Positions 19,949 through 30,930 of a stretch of 45,284 nt of DNA are shown here, piece after piece. The stretch's first letter is position 1. Each line of letters begins with the position of its first letter. A program made the translations under genes and the position numbers. Under the pieces are notes generated by a model. That model was not told the DNA's origin. It ran no database searches and worked only from the letters and a program-made list of their open reading frames with translations. This stretch comes from Methanothermococcus sp. SCGC AD-155-E23. GTDB lineage: Archaea; AGJL01; Methanococci; Methanococcales; Methanococcaceae. The stretch spans positions 1 through 45,284 of the forward strand of contig JAHEQA010000006.1 in NCBI GenBank assembly GCA_019561615.1, written 5' to 3'.

Positions 19949-21493
19949 TTAGGAACTAGGTGGAGTTAGAAACTCTTTTACAGGGTTTATAGGAAGATCT
20001 TTCAAAACTTCCAAAACCTTTTTCTCCCCTTCCTTATCCTCTGTGGTAATCTTACACATTATTGCAAGGTTCTTAACGAGACCACAGTTTGGACCCTCAG
20101 GGGTTTCAGAGGGACATATCTTACCCCACTGGGTAGGGTGAAGATCCCTGGCCTCGAAGTGTGGCTGGGACCTGGAAAGTGGAGATACTACCCTTCTCAG
20201 CTGGGAGAGGGTGGAGAGGTAACTTGTCCTATCTAGCAGCTGACTTACTCCAGTTCTACCTCCTACCCAGTTTCCTGTAGCCATGGCATGTCTTATCCTC
20301 TCAGTTAAAACGTCACTTCTAACTGCAGACTGGATAGATGGAGATCTATTTCTAAGGACCTGCCTCTCCAGCTGATACTTTATATCCTTGACCAACTGGT
20401 TGAAGGAGTATCTAAAGAGATCCTCCATTAACTCCCCTGCAGGTTTCAACCTCTTGTTTCCATAGTGGTCCTTGTCATCCTCAACCCTGAGACCTAGGTA
20501 TAACTCTATGGCATTTCTCGCCATCCTTCCCAGGAAGGCACACTTCTTAATAAAGTCCTCTCTTTTAACACCCATATGTGGTAGTAGATAGTTACAGAGT
20601 ATAGTCTCCGCCCTCTTCAGTCTGTAATCCCTAGGCTGTCCAGGTGCTACCTTCTTTCCAATATACTCCAGGGCATCCTCCTGGGTAGCTATGTTGTACT
20701 CCTCCCTAACCTCGAGAATATTTGTAATCAACTGCATAACCACTCTTTGATCGTCAGATATCATGTTTATTATATCACTGTCACTCTCTGCTCCAAGTGC
20801 CTTCATAACTATAACAAGGGGGATACTTCCAGAGAGACCTGGAAATGTTACATTTAACTTACCATCCTCCTGTCTCTCAACGGTACATAGGGCCCTAAAA
20901 CCATGTCTGGTGGAAAATACCTTGGCTACATAGATCATCTTGTTGTTCCTCTCGGTCTTCTCACATAGGATCCTGTTTTGGACTAGATCCTCCTGGGTTA
21001 CCAGTACCCTCTCAGAACCGTTTATTATAAAGTAGCCAAAGGGATCCCTGGGATCCTCTCCCATCTCTATTAACTCCTCTCTACTTTTACCGTAGAGATA
21101 GCAGGCCTTGGATCCAAGCATAATAGGTAGTTCTCCTATATACACCTCTACAGTTTCACCTACAACCTCCTCCTCTCCCTCTCCTCCAACAATAGGGGTC
21201 ATCTCAAGATAGAGTGGAGCGGAGTAGGAGAGGTCCCTTATTCTAGCCTCCATAGGGGTTATCTTTCTTATGGAACCATCTGCCTCCTTGTTTATAGGTT
21301 TTCCCACTCTGATCTTTCCAAGTTTTACCTTATAACCTCCTTTAATCTCTGTCTCTATAACTCCAACCTCATCTACAATCTTCTGTAACTTGTAATCTAA
21401 AAACCTGTTAAAGGAGTCTATCTGATGCTTAACTAAACTATTCTCTTTAAAAAAGGAATCAACTATAACTTGGCTTTCCATAGCCCTCCCCAT
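19949..21493 (-). CDS. rpoB2: RNA polymerase subunit B'' (Rpo2N)
   Basis: [21 protein letters not shown] and [13 protein letters not shown]. Confidence 0.98.
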   Translation of the reverse strand: MGRAMESQVIVDSFFKENSLVKHQIDSFNRFLDYKLQKIVDEVGVIETEIKGGYKVKLGKIRVGKPINKEADGSIRKITPMEARIRDLSYSAPLYLEMTPIVGGEGEEEVVGETVEVYIGELPIMLGSKACYLYGKSREELIEMGEDPRDPFGYFIINGSERVLVTQEDLVQNRILCEKTERNNKMIYVAKVFSTRHGFRALCTVERQEDGKLNVTFPGLSGSIPLVIVMKALGAESDSDIINMISDDQRVVMQLITNILEVREEYNIATQEDALEYIGKKVAPGQPRDYRLKRAETILCNYLLPHMGVKREDFIKKCAFLGRMARNAIELYLGLRVEDDKDHYGNKRLKPAGELMEDLFRYSFNQLVKDIKYQLERQVLRNRSPSIQSAVRSDVLTERIRHAMATGNWVGGRTGVSQLLDRTSYLSTLSQLRRVVSPLSRSQPHFEARDLHPTQWGKICPSETPEGPNCGLVKNLAIMCKITTEDKEGEKKVLEVLKDLPINPVKEFLTPPSS

Positions 21494-21514
21494 AAAAGTA
21501 ATTTTGATTAAAAT

Positions 21515-21751
21515 TTAGACAGTCTTTTTAATTACCAATCTGTAATATACACTCCTCCCAGCAGTAGGACTCTCCCTGGTTATTCTAATAACATCCCCTG
21601 GCTTCGCCCCAATCTCCTCAACAACAGGATCTGTATCTAGTATCTTAGGTAACTGCTGTATCTTTATGTTATACTTCTTCAACAACTCCTCTACCTCTTC
21701 TTCAGACATAATTTCATGTTTAGGTACCAACACGTGGGAGGTTACCTTCAC
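21515..21751 (-). CDS. rpoH: RNA polymerase subunit H (Rpo5)
   Basis: [16 protein letters not shown] and SPTAG...YYR. Start placed at GTG 21751 after GGAGG. Confidence 0.96.
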   Translation of the reverse strand: MKVTSHVLVPKHEIMSEEEVEELLKKYNIKIQQLPKILDTDPVVEEIGAKPGDVIRITRESPTAGRSVYYRLVIKKTV

Positions 21752-21891
21752 AATCTTAGCCTCCAAAAAAGTTAATTCCCTCGAGGTGCATCATACAGAA
21801 TATTTTCTACTAATATATATCCTTTTCGGTGTAAAAAGTATTTAAATAATCCTGGTTAAAATATAGACAGTAAAAGTGTCGAGGAAGAAGT

Positions 21892-22440
21892 ATGGGTAAG
21901 ATATACGTAGACTGTGAGGATAAGGCAGGAGAGGAGATATACTACAAGGTGATACAGACAGCCCTACTAGATGTAGTTATTGGGAAGTCTTTAAACAAAG
22001 TAGTTATGATATGTAGGGAGAAGGATCCCTACTTTATTATAGGTGTACTGCCAAAATCCACCTCTAGACCTGTAAAACTTAGGGATGTTGTAAGTGTTGA
22101 GGAGAGTAAAAAAGAAGGGGATAAAATTATTACTAAGTTAAGGATAGTTGACGAGACCTACGCCCCCCAGGTGTTGGAGAAGTTAAATGTAATCGATCAA
22201 CCCTCAAGGTTTGAGATTATTACAGACACCCCAATAGACCTAGATATGGTTATATACGATGCAGAAGAGGAGTTTATAGCCAAGGTACTGGACTTTATGA
22301 ACAGGGTGTTTCCAGAGGGAATGAGGATAAGGAAGGCATTCTACGGCAAGAGTATTGTTATGATAGCCTCTGAGAGACCCTTTGAAGAGGAGTGGATAAA
22401 GAGAGCCCTTGAATTAAAGGAGGAGTTGGAAAGTGGATAA
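21892..22440 (+). CDS. Methanogenesis marker protein 17
   Basis: Recognised from overall pattern (G.EIY..VI..AL.D, DETY.P.VL, DQPSRFEI, RVFPEGMRIR, MIASE). Confidence 0.75.
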   Translation: MGKIYVDCEDKAGEEIYYKVIQTALLDVVIGKSLNKVVMICREKDPYFIIGVLPKSTSRPVKLRDVVSVEESKKEGDKIITKLRIVDETYAPQVLEKLNVIDQPSRFEIITDTPIDLDMVIYDAEEEFIAKVLDFMNRVFPEGMRIRKAFYGKSIVMIASERPFEEEWIKRALELKEELESG

Positions 22441-22442
22441 TG

Positions 22443-22715
22443 TTATATCCTATGCATGTACTTAAATATATCCTCATGTTGTACTATCACCTTCACCCCT
22501 ATCTCCTCACCCACTCTATTCAACCTCTTCACCAACTCCTCAAATGCACACTTCGACTTAGATATATCTACTAGCATTATCATGGTAAAGAGATCCCCCA
22601 TAATAGACTGCCTTATATCCAGGATGTTTACGTTATTCTCTGCAAGTGTGGAGGCTATCCTTGCCACTATCCCAACCCTGTCCTTTCCAGTTACTGTAAT
22701 AACAACCCTCTCCAT
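22443..22715 (-). CDS. ACT-domain protein (UPF0237)
   Basis: VITVTGKDRVGIVA, NILDI.Q and QHEDIFKYMHRI. Confidence 0.9.
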   Translation of the reverse strand: MERVVITVTGKDRVGIVARIASTLAENNVNILDIRQSIMGDLFTMIMLVDISKSKCAFEELVKRLNRVGEEIGVKVIVQHEDIFKYMHRI

Positions 22716-22734
22716 TCCATACCACCTAACTCTT

Positions 22735-23601
22735 CTAATGGGAGAAGTGTTTCAGGTTGTAGATATTCAACCTCTTTTCAGATAAGAGACCTACAGCATC
22801 TGATCTACACTGCCTACATGCCCTAAACTGGGGTAGATATTTTCCGCACATCTCCCTTACCTTCCTTATCTCCTCACATGTAGGAGGTCTTAGATCCTTC
22901 ATCTTGTAAAGGGGTATAAGTGGTATAATGTTCTGGAGATAGGCTATATCCTTAAAGGTTTTAGCCACCTCCACAAGGTGGTCCATGTTAATCTCAGGTA
23001 TCAGTACACTGTTTATCTTCACTACAAGTCCTTCATCATGGGCCCTTTTAACACCCTCTATCTGATTCTTTATAAGTATGGCTGCCCCCTCCTCTCCCCT
23101 GTACACCTCCCCGTCGTAGTATATCCACTCCACAATATCCTTAAGTATCTTTGGATCCACGGCATTTACAGTTACTGTTACAGTTTTTACATCTAGATCT
23201 GCAAGTTTCCTGGCATACCTTGGAAGTAGTAGGCCGTTGGTGGAGAGGCACTTTATCAACTCTGGAAACTTCTCCTTTAGTATCTCCAAGGTTTCAAAGG
23301 TCTCCCTGTTAAATAGACTGTCCCCTGGACCTGCTATACCTACAACCTTTAGGTTAGGTATCTTTTTAAGTAACTCCCTTAGATAGCCCTCAACCTCCTC
23401 AGGTTTCATAATACGCCTTGCCACTCCAGGCCTCTCCTCACAGCACTCCTTACCTATACTTCTCCTACAGAACTTACAGGTGATGTTACACCTAGGGGCA
23501 ACAGGTAGGTGGACCCTACCTATCTTGTCATGGAGTTTCTCGTTGTAACAGGGGTGTACCTTGAGTATGTGGGCAAATTTAGACATTTTTTTACTTGCCA
23601 T
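22735..23601 (-). CDS. nifB: Single-domain radical SAM NifB
   Basis: HPC, CNITCKFC, ERPG, AGPGD, TVTVN and CRQCRSDA, the NifB fingerprint set. ATG 23601 follows GGTGA. Confidence 0.92.
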   Translation of the reverse strand: MASKKMSKFAHILKVHPCYNEKLHDKIGRVHLPVAPRCNITCKFCRRSIGKECCEERPGVARRIMKPEEVEGYLRELLKKIPNLKVVGIAGPGDSLFNRETFETLEILKEKFPELIKCLSTNGLLLPRYARKLADLDVKTVTVTVNAVDPKILKDIVEWIYYDGEVYRGEEGAAILIKNQIEGVKRAHDEGLVVKINSVLIPEINMDHLVEVAKTFKDIAYLQNIIPLIPLYKMKDLRPPTCEEIRKVREMCGKYLPQFRACRQCRSDAVGLLSEKRLNIYNLKHFSH

Positions 23602-23624
23602 CCTTTCACCAAAAATAAAAAAAT

Positions 23625-24917
23625 TTAGAAGGGACATCTGAAATTCCTTCCTGCATACTTGGGATATCCAAGTTCCTCCTCGATTCTAATAAGTTGGTTG
23701 TACTTGGCAGTTCTCTCCCCCCTAGCAGGTGCCCCTGTTTTTATCTGACCGGTATTTAGGGCAACTGAGAGATCTGCAATGGTGGTATCCTCAGACTCCC
23801 CACTTCTATGGGATACTATAACTCCATAACTGTTTCTAAAGGCTAGATTTGCCGCATCTATGGCCTCTGTCAGAGTACCTATCTGATTCACCTTTAGAAG
23901 CAGTGCATTTGCAGCCCCCCTCTTAATACCCTCCCTTAACCTCTCGGTATTTGTTACAAAGAGGTCATCTCCCACTATCTGGATACCCTTCAACTCCTTT
24001 GTAATCATTGCAAAGCCTTCAAAGTCATCCTCATGGAAGGGGTCCTCGATGGAGACTATGTTGTACTCATCTACTATCTCCTTGTAGAGTGAGAGGAGAT
24101 CATCCCTAGATAACTCCTTACCCTGGAGGATGTAACAGTCCTTCTCCCTGTTATAGAACTCTGTAGCTGCACAGTCTATGGCGTAAACTATTTTGTCCTC
24201 ATAACCTGCCTGCTTTACAGCCTCATCCAGTAGATCTAAGGCCTCCCTAATCTCCCTTACAGGTGGGGCAAATCCTCCCTCATCCCCAACGTTTATTGCA
24301 TCCCTACCGTACTTGTCCAGGATTACCTTCTTCAAGGTGTGGTAGACCTCTGAAGAGATCCTTATAGCCTCGGCGATGGAGTCTGCACCTACAGGCATTA
24401 TCATAAACTCCTGAAACTCCAACTGATTACCTCCATGGATACCTCCGTTAAGTATGTTCATCATTGGGACAGGCATAACGTAGGAGTTGCAACCCCCAAT
24501 ATACTTGTAGAGGGGCATTGATGCAGTATCTGCCGCAGCCTTTGCAACTGCAAGGGATACTGCAAGTATGGCATTGGCGCCTAACTTACGTTTATCCTTG
24601 GTGGAGTCAAGTTCCTTCATAAGCATATCGATCTCTCTCTGCATACGGGAGTCAAACCCTACTAACTCAGGTTTTATAATGGAGTTTACATTCTCCACTG
24701 CCAGGAGCACACCCTTACCTCCAAATCTCATCTCCCTATCTCTAAGTTCCATAGCCTCGTGGGCACCTCTAGAGGCACCACTGGGAACTATTGCCCTACC
24801 GTATCCTCCACCCTTTGTTATAACCTCCACCTCTACAGTGGGATTTCCCCTGGAGTCTATAACCTCCCTACCTATCAAATCCTTTATCTCAAAGGACTCA
24901 TCTACGTTTTTCAGCAC
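23625..24917 (-). CDS. eno: Enolase
   Basis: DSRGNPTVE, GDEGGFAP, LLKVNQIGT, SHRSGE and RGERTAKYN. Confidence 0.98.
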   Translation of the reverse strand: MLKNVDESFEIKDLIGREVIDSRGNPTVEVEVITKGGGYGRAIVPSGASRGAHEAMELRDREMRFGGKGVLLAVENVNSIIKPELVGFDSRMQREIDMLMKELDSTKDKRKLGANAILAVSLAVAKAAADTASMPLYKYIGGCNSYVMPVPMMNILNGGIHGGNQLEFQEFMIMPVGADSIAEAIRISSEVYHTLKKVILDKYGRDAINVGDEGGFAPPVREIREALDLLDEAVKQAGYEDKIVYAIDCAATEFYNREKDCYILQGKELSRDDLLSLYKEIVDEYNIVSIEDPFHEDDFEGFAMITKELKGIQIVGDDLFVTNTERLREGIKRGAANALLLKVNQIGTLTEAIDAANLAFRNSYGVIVSHRSGESEDTTIADLSVALNTGQIKTGAPARGERTAKYNQLIRIEEELGYPKYAGRNFRCPF

Positions 24918-25024
24918 CTTATCACCTTCTCTTTTGTTGAGAGTGTATTATAGCTCCCTCTTATTTTTTATATTTTTTTAATAAAATTAAAACATAATAT
25001 CCTAGAGAGTTACATGGTGATTCA

Positions 25025-25420
25025 ATGTCTGAAAGTATTGAGGATTTCCTAGAAAAGGTTTATATCTTCACCAGGGATAAGAACAGACCTGTAAAAACTA
25101 CAGAGTTGGCAAAACTCCTGAATATAAAACCCCCAGCTATTACAAACATGGCTAAAAAACTTCATAAATTAGGTTATGTGGAGTATGAACCCTATATAGG
25201 CATAAGGTTAACGGAAAAGGGTATGGAAAAGGCAAAGGTTATCATGGAAAAACATAGAACCATAGAAAAATTCTTAGTGGAGTGTTTAGGGCTTGATAAA
25301 GAGGTGGCCTATAGGGAGGCCTGTAAGTTGGAACATGCCATGTCCGACATAGTATTTAAGAGATTTAAGGAGTTTGTGGAGAACTATAGAAAGTGTAAAA
25401 AGAGGCTAAACTCCCATTAA
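25025..25420 (+). CDS. DtxR/MntR family metal-dependent repressor
   Basis: EDFLE...HTH...YEPY.GI.LT..G, then HR..E.FL and EACKLEH. Confidence 0.9.
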   Translation: MSESIEDFLEKVYIFTRDKNRPVKTTELAKLLNIKPPAITNMAKKLHKLGYVEYEPYIGIRLTEKGMEKAKVIMEKHRTIEKFLVECLGLDKEVAYREACKLEHAMSDIVFKRFKEFVENYRKCKKRLNSH

Positions 25421-26215
25421 AACTCTAAATAAATTCCTAAGTCCAGGGGCAAGACCTAGAGCCATAATTGCTATTTTCAAGATATTTTTAAGACCCCTGT
25501 CTTCCACCTCCCTGTTAAGTATATAGAGGACAGTTACAACTGCCACCAACTTCAGGGGTATCATTATATAGGGACCAAGGAGTTCTATGAAAAATCTTGG
25601 TAGGGGATGTTGCTCCCAGTATCCATACAATCCAACTCCAAGGGCGGTGGATGTCCCATCTATAAGTTGGGCCAGTATAACGTACTTATCCATAGGCTGA
25701 AATATGTGTCTTAAAGGTTCTACCCTCTCAAGGAGGTAGTGAAGGGCTGCATATATCAGGGCCACTATGAAGAAGAGGTAGAAGAGTACCTCCACATGGA
25801 CTATATTTTTTAAAAAGATAGGGAGGAGATAGAGGATAGGTATTACCGCCATAGATACTGCCAGTATATAGTACCTCTCTCTAAGTAACAGGGCAGATAT
25901 TACAGTTGCCACCATGTAATACATACCCACTACTACAACGATACCAGGGGTGACAGTGTAGTAGGTACGGGGGATATGTCCACCATCTACAAGGGCCCTT
26001 ATAAGTGATATAAGAAGGATGTAAAATACTGTAACCAGTACAAACCTTCTATCTATCTCTATCTGAAGTTTCTTACATATCCTGTAGAAGAGGTACACCA
26101 TGAAAAACAGTAAAATACCGTAGGTTATCTCCTGGATGTAGTTGTACCCTGACTGTTTTTCTATGGGCTCTATGTAGTACCTGTAGAGGAAGTTTTTGAT
26201 AGCTGAGAGATCCAT
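25406..26215 (-). CDS. DUF63 family membrane protein
   Basis: GYN..E.TYG, RALVD, TPGI, Y.EQHPLP and LGLAPGLRN, with multiple TM helices. Confidence 0.8.
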   Translation of the reverse strand: MDLSAIKNFLYRYYIEPIEKQSGYNYIQEITYGILLFFMVYLFYRICKKLQIEIDRRFVLVTVFYILLISLIRALVDGGHIPRTYYTVTPGIVVVVGMYYMVATVISALLLRERYYILAVSMAVIPILYLLPIFLKNIVHVEVLFYLFFIVALIYAALHYLLERVEPLRHIFQPMDKYVILAQLIDGTSTALGVGLYGYWEQHPLPRFFIELLGPYIMIPLKLVAVVTVLYILNREVEDRGLKNILKIAIMALGLAPGLRNLFRVLMGV

Positions 26216-26333
26216 CTATTCACCTGGGGATAAGATTTTTAAATGAATACTTATTCTCTAGATCATGGAAAAAATATATAACCATGATAAAACCACTTTT
26301 CAGAGACAAAGTTATCAAAAGGGTGAAAACTCC

Positions 26334-27170
26334 ATGAGTAACACCTTTCCTATTAAAAACACGGAGATTGAGGAGTTGGAAAGAATAGCTAAGAGGATAA
26401 GGTACAATATTGTAAAGATGATAGGGTTGGCTAAATCTGGTCACCCAGGTGGATCCCTCTCTGCAACTGACATTATAGTTGCACTTTACTACAAGATAAT
26501 GAATCACGATCCTAAGAATCCCAACAAAAAAGACAGGGATATATTTGTACTAAGTAAGGGGCACGCCTGTCCTGCACTCTATGCAGTTCTTGCAGAGTTG
26601 GGATACTTCGATAAGGAGGAACTGTGGAGATTGAGGAAGGTTGGCGCCCTACTTCAGGGACATCCCTCTATAAGTATTCCAGGGGTTGAGGCCAGTACAG
26701 GATCCCTGGGGCAGGGTTTCTCTATTGCTGTAGGGATAGCCCTGGGATGTAGGCTAGATAAATTGAATAACTGGGTCTACGTCCTTCTGGGAGATGGGGA
26801 ATGCCAGGAGGGTCAGGTATGGGAGGCTGCCATGGCAGCTCATCACTACAAACTTGACAACTTAATAGGGTTTGTAGATAGAAACAGGCTCCAGATAGAT
26901 GGCTGTACTGAGGATGTGATGAGTTTAGGAGATTTGAAGGAGAAGTTTAGGGCCTTTGGATGGGATGTATTTGAGATAGATGGGCATAACTTCAGGGAGA
27001 TAATAGATACTGTCAACATGGCAAAGTCCTTAAAGAACGGCAAACCTAAGATGATCATAGCAAACACTGTCAAGGGTAAGGGAGTTTCCTTCATGGAGGG
27101 TAACGTTAGATTCCACGGTAAGGCTCCAAATGAGGAGCAGTTGGAGAGGGCACTTAAGGAACTCTCTTAA
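26334..27170 (+). CDS. Transketolase, N-terminal (ThDP-binding) subunit
   Basis: [19 protein letters not shown] and [11 protein letters not shown] 26334 follows GGTGA. Confidence 0.93.
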   Translation: MSNTFPIKNTEIEELERIAKRIRYNIVKMIGLAKSGHPGGSLSATDIIVALYYKIMNHDPKNPNKKDRDIFVLSKGHACPALYAVLAELGYFDKEELWRLRKVGALLQGHPSISIPGVEASTGSLGQGFSIAVGIALGCRLDKLNNWVYVLLGDGECQEGQVWEAAMAAHHYKLDNLIGFVDRNRLQIDGCTEDVMSLGDLKEKFRAFGWDVFEIDGHNFREIIDTVNMAKSLKNGKPKMIIANTVKGKGVSFMEGNVRFHGKAPNEEQLERALKELS

Positions 27171-27189
27171 AGTATAGGAAGGAGAGAGT

Positions 27190-27852
27190 ATGGTGAAGAT
27201 AGGAGCCTCTATACTCTCTGCGAACTATGGACATCTAGAGGAGGAGGTTAAAAGGGTAGAGAGAGCAGGTGTAGACTTTATCCATATAGATGTAATGGAT
27301 GGACACTTTGTACCTAACATAAGTATGGGTATAGGGATAGCCAACTATGTAAAAAGTATAACCTCTCTACCTACTGAGGTCCACCTCATGGTAGAGCATC
27401 CAGAGATGTTCATACCTATGCTGGAAGATATGGATATGATCACCTTCCATATAGAGAGTTGTAGATTCCCCTTTAGAACTATAAACCTCATAAGGGAGAG
27501 GGGCTCCAAAGCTGTAGTGGCTCTCAACCCCTCTACCCCCTTAAATACCCTAGAGTACATCCTAGAGGAGGTTTATGGAGTACTTGTAATGACTGTGGAA
27601 CCTGGGTTCTCAGGGCAGAGGTTTATACCCCAGATGCTAAGGAAGATAGAGAGGTTAAGGAGACTTATAGACAGGGAGGGGTATAACACCCAGATCTTTG
27701 TAGATGGGGGTATAAACCTAGAAAATGCTCCAAAGGTAGTAAAGGCAGGTGCAGATGGGCTAATCTCTGCCTCTGCAATATTCAATACTGGGGATATAGA
27801 GGAGGCTGTTAGAAAACTAAGGGAGGCTGTAAATTTAGAGGTGAATCTATGA
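27190..27852 (+). CDS. rpe: Ribulose-phosphate 3-epimerase
   Basis: HIDVMDGHFVPN, VHLMV, MTVEPGFSGQ and VDGGIN. Confidence 0.96.
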   Translation: MVKIGASILSANYGHLEEEVKRVERAGVDFIHIDVMDGHFVPNISMGIGIANYVKSITSLPTEVHLMVEHPEMFIPMLEDMDMITFHIESCRFPFRTINLIRERGSKAVVALNPSTPLNTLEYILEEVYGVLVMTVEPGFSGQRFIPQMLRKIERLRRLIDREGYNTQIFVDGGINLENAPKVVKAGADGLISASAIFNTGDIEEAVRKLREAVNLEVNL

Positions 27853-28802
27853 GGTATAAACTTGGTGAAAAGAAGGGTATGAGGGTTGCCTACGGAGAGA
27901 CCCTTGTTAAACTGGGAAAGGAACTTCCAAACCTTGTAGTCCTAGATGCAGATCTATCAGGATCTACAAAGACTTCCATGTTTGCAAAGGCCTTTCCAGA
28001 TAGGTTCTTCAACGTAGGTATTGCAGAGCAGAATATGATGGGCATGGCTGCTGGACTTGCCATAACTGGGAAGATAGTATTTGCCTCCTCCTTTGCCATG
28101 TTTGCAACTGGAAGGGCATGGGAACAGATTAGAAATTCCATAGCCTATCCAAATCTCGATGTAAAGATTGTGGCAACCCACAGTGGAATAACTGTGGGGG
28201 AGGATGGTGCAACCCATCAGATGACTGAGGACATTGCCATAATGAGATGTATTCCAAATATGAGGGTGATATCTCCAACGGACTACTACGAGACAAAGAG
28301 TATAATAGAGTGGTGTGCAAAGAATGAGGGGCCAGTTTATGTAAGGATGCCAAGGAGGGATACAGAGACTGTATTCTCCAGTGAGGAGGATGCAAAATTC
28401 CAATTTGGAAAGGGGAGGATACTGGAAGATGGCTCAGATCTTACCATTGTTGCCACTGGGGAGATGGTACCAGAGGCCATAAAGGCCCTAGAATTATTAA
28501 AAGAGGAGGGGATAGAGGCTCAACTTATAGCCATGGCAACAATTAAACCTATAGACGAAGATATTATAGTTAACTCCACCAACGACCTTATAGTGTCCAT
28601 AGAGGATCACAACATCGTAGGTGGGTTGGGAAGTGCCATAGGAGAGGTCATTGCAGAACATGGTCTAAACAAGAGACTCCTTAGGATGGGGATAAGGGAT
28701 GTATTTGGTATCTCTGGAAGTGCCACAGATCTACTGAGATACTATGGATTAGATGGGGAGAGTATATACAGAAGGATTTTAGAGGAAATTAAAAACAAGT
28801 GA
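27849..28802 (+). CDS. Transketolase, C-terminal subunit
   Basis: DADLSGST, GIAEQNM, GEDGATHQ and EDH...GGLGS. Confidence 0.93.
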   Translation: MRYKLGEKKGMRVAYGETLVKLGKELPNLVVLDADLSGSTKTSMFAKAFPDRFFNVGIAEQNMMGMAAGLAITGKIVFASSFAMFATGRAWEQIRNSIAYPNLDVKIVATHSGITVGEDGATHQMTEDIAIMRCIPNMRVISPTDYYETKSIIEWCAKNEGPVYVRMPRRDTETVFSSEEDAKFQFGKGRILEDGSDLTIVATGEMVPEAIKALELLKEEGIEAQLIAMATIKPIDEDIIVNSTNDLIVSIEDHNIVGGLGSAIGEVIAEHGLNKRLLRMGIRDVFGISGSATDLLRYYGLDGESIYRRILEEIKNK

Positions 28803-28807
28803 TTTTA

Positions 28808-29590
28808 ATGAGGCTAAAAATTGGCATCCTTGAAATTTTGGTGATACTCTCTATTCTAATATCCTCGGGAGCCCTAGTATATAAATTTCTTTTATCTGGG
28901 GATAACTATTACTTCGATGGAAACCAGATGTACAAGTGTGCATGGATCTCTGAAAAGATTCTATCTAAGGGTTTTCCACTCTATGCAGATGTTTACGGCA
29001 GATGGACCAATACTGGAGAGGAGTTTAACGGTACAGTACTCATAGTGGAGGCCCGTGGTGGAACCCTCTACGGCCTATACAACAGTCGGCCTGTAACTAT
29101 AGGGGGAAGGATGGCCTACAGGGAAGACATTGCTGCCGAGAGGATTGTCCTAAAACCCCTGGGAAATACTATAGTAGTCTATGAGATAGACCCTGTTAAG
29201 GGATACTCCTTCAAGGATGTGAAGAATAAGATAGAGAAGAGTATTAAGCCCTATAAAAAGTTGAATATTACTGTACTTGAGACCTATATCTCGGGGACCT
29301 TTGCAGTGGATTCAAAAACCTATACCCCCACTGAACAGCAATATATTAAAAATAAGATAGGAGATATAAACAACAGGGGGGAACGTATTAGAGTATACTT
29401 CCTAGACAGTGGACTGGTTATAGAGGGAAAGCAGAGGATAGATACTTTAGAGATTTACGACAACCTTACAACACCTGAGAGGATACTTACATCAAAGATA
29501 AGGGTATACCTTGTTGTAAATGAGACCTTAAAGGAGTTACCTAGGGATATTAGATCCTACAACATCACAAATCTAGTAACCTTAAAGTAA
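28808..29590 (+). CDS. Hypothetical membrane-anchored protein (N-terminal TM)
   Basis: Host-like codon usage, single hydrophobic N-terminal helix, and tight coupling to the preceding gene. Confidence 0.7.
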   Translation: MRLKIGILEILVILSILISSGALVYKFLLSGDNYYFDGNQMYKCAWISEKILSKGFPLYADVYGRWTNTGEEFNGTVLIVEARGGTLYGLYNSRPVTIGGRMAYREDIAAERIVLKPLGNTIVVYEIDPVKGYSFKDVKNKIEKSIKPYKKLNITVLETYISGTFAVDSKTYTPTEQQYIKNKIGDINNRGERIRVYFLDSGLVIEGKQRIDTLEIYDNLTTPERILTSKIRVYLVVNETLKELPRDIRSYNITNLVTLK

Positions 29591-29605
29591 TAACAACGGA
29601 TTGTC

Positions 29606-30700
29606 ATGGAGTGGATTAAAGTATATTGGGGAGAGAAGTTAGAGGGGCATCATCTATTTTTAATACTTACCTCCCTCTTTATAGTACTCACAGGAGTATC
29701 CTACTATACAGGTGTTTTAGTACTTCTCAGTGCCCTGGTATTCTACATCTCCTTCCTTGTAGGTAAGAGATTGTTTTACATCCTGGGATTAGAGGAGCTA
29801 GAGTGTAGGGAGGTAGATAGGAGAGGGTATATCTTGGGGTTAACCCTTATGACTGTAGGGTTACTCTTTTTAATCCTGGATCTTCTCTGGGCAGGGGGTA
29901 TACCCCTATTTGATCCAGCCTCCAAAAGGTTTTTAAGCCCTCTATATACAATGCTTTCCCGTCTCTTAATCCTGGGATGGGCCATAGTAATAGCCACTAA
30001 CCTCACCCTGGATAAAATAAGGGTGGTAGTATACGCCCTTATCTTCTCAGGTACTGTAATGCTTCTAGGATATAGAACAGGGGTAATGGTACTACTGATG
30101 TCCACCCTCTTTGTCCTCTACTATACCAACAGGATAAAAAATAGGGAGTTAATGTTACTAGCCTCTGGAGTGTTCCTCCTACTTCTCCTCCTCTCCCTGG
30201 TAAGGATGAAGATATTAGATAGTGGTGGTATCCCCCTACTCTCCAGGATGGATCTAACAATGAGTGTGCTAGATATAATAGTACATAACTTCAAGGGTGT
30301 ATTCAACGGCTATCTAACATACTGTGCCATATACTCCTACCTTGGAATGGCCCCAGGTCCAAGGACCGTTATAGCAAATACCTTAGGTATCTATGGTGTC
30401 ACAATAACTCCAACGATCTTTGGAGGGGTAATTGGAGATTACGGTATATTAGGTATTGTACCATACTTTGGTATACTGGGGTTATTTATGGGACTTCTAT
30501 CTAAAATAGCCCAAAGTTTTAAAGGGATATATTTAGGGGTTTACGCTGTAATGCTCTCCTATCTACTGGTAGGTATTGAAACAGGTATCCTGGACCTAGA
30601 TGTAATAATGTACTTTGTCCTAGGTTTTCTACTGTGTATCTACCTTGTAATTAGAAGTTTTATAAAGAGAAAAAAAGAGATTATTCAAATTTTACCTTAA
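29606..30700 (+). CDS. Oligosaccharide repeat-unit polymerase (Wzy-like) membrane protein
   Basis: Polytopic, with GGIPLF, LLGYRT, GPR..I and TPTIFG....DYG motifs. Confidence 0.72.
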   Translation: MEWIKVYWGEKLEGHHLFLILTSLFIVLTGVSYYTGVLVLLSALVFYISFLVGKRLFYILGLEELECREVDRRGYILGLTLMTVGLLFLILDLLWAGGIPLFDPASKRFLSPLYTMLSRLLILGWAIVIATNLTLDKIRVVVYALIFSGTVMLLGYRTGVMVLLMSTLFVLYYTNRIKNRELMLLASGVFLLLLLLSLVRMKILDSGGIPLLSRMDLTMSVLDIIVHNFKGVFNGYLTYCAIYSYLGMAPGPRTVIANTLGIYGVTITPTIFGGVIGDYGILGIVPYFGILGLFMGLLSKIAQSFKGIYLGVYAVMLSYLLVGIETGILDLDVIMYFVLGFLLCIYLVIRSFIKRKKEIIQILP

Positions 30701-30875
30701 TGGCCTTTGTTGGACAGAGGTCTTCACAGACACCACAACCTGTACATAGCTCCTCCTGGGCTACAACAACCTTGTCCCCTTCAACGGCAAAAACCTCCAT
30801 GGGGCAGTTATGGTAACACTCTCCACACTCCTTTGCACCTCTGCATAACTGGTAGTCTATAGTTACAGTGGGCAT
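30681..30875 (-). CDS. 2x[4Fe-4S] ferredoxin
   Basis: CRGAKECGECYHNCP and CTGCGVCEDLCP. Confidence 0.92.
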   Translation of the reverse strand: MPTVTIDYQLCRGAKECGECYHNCPMEVFAVEGDKVVVAQEELCTGCGVCEDLCPTKAIKVKFE

Positions 30876-30930
30876 CTATTCACCGTTATAATCTTTTTTT
30901 CTTTTCTGAGAAAGCTTATAATATATAAAC

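Noticed and set aside
26220-26507. 95-aa minus-strand ORF
   Set aside because: It overlaps the transketolase start and promoter and has no recognisable features.
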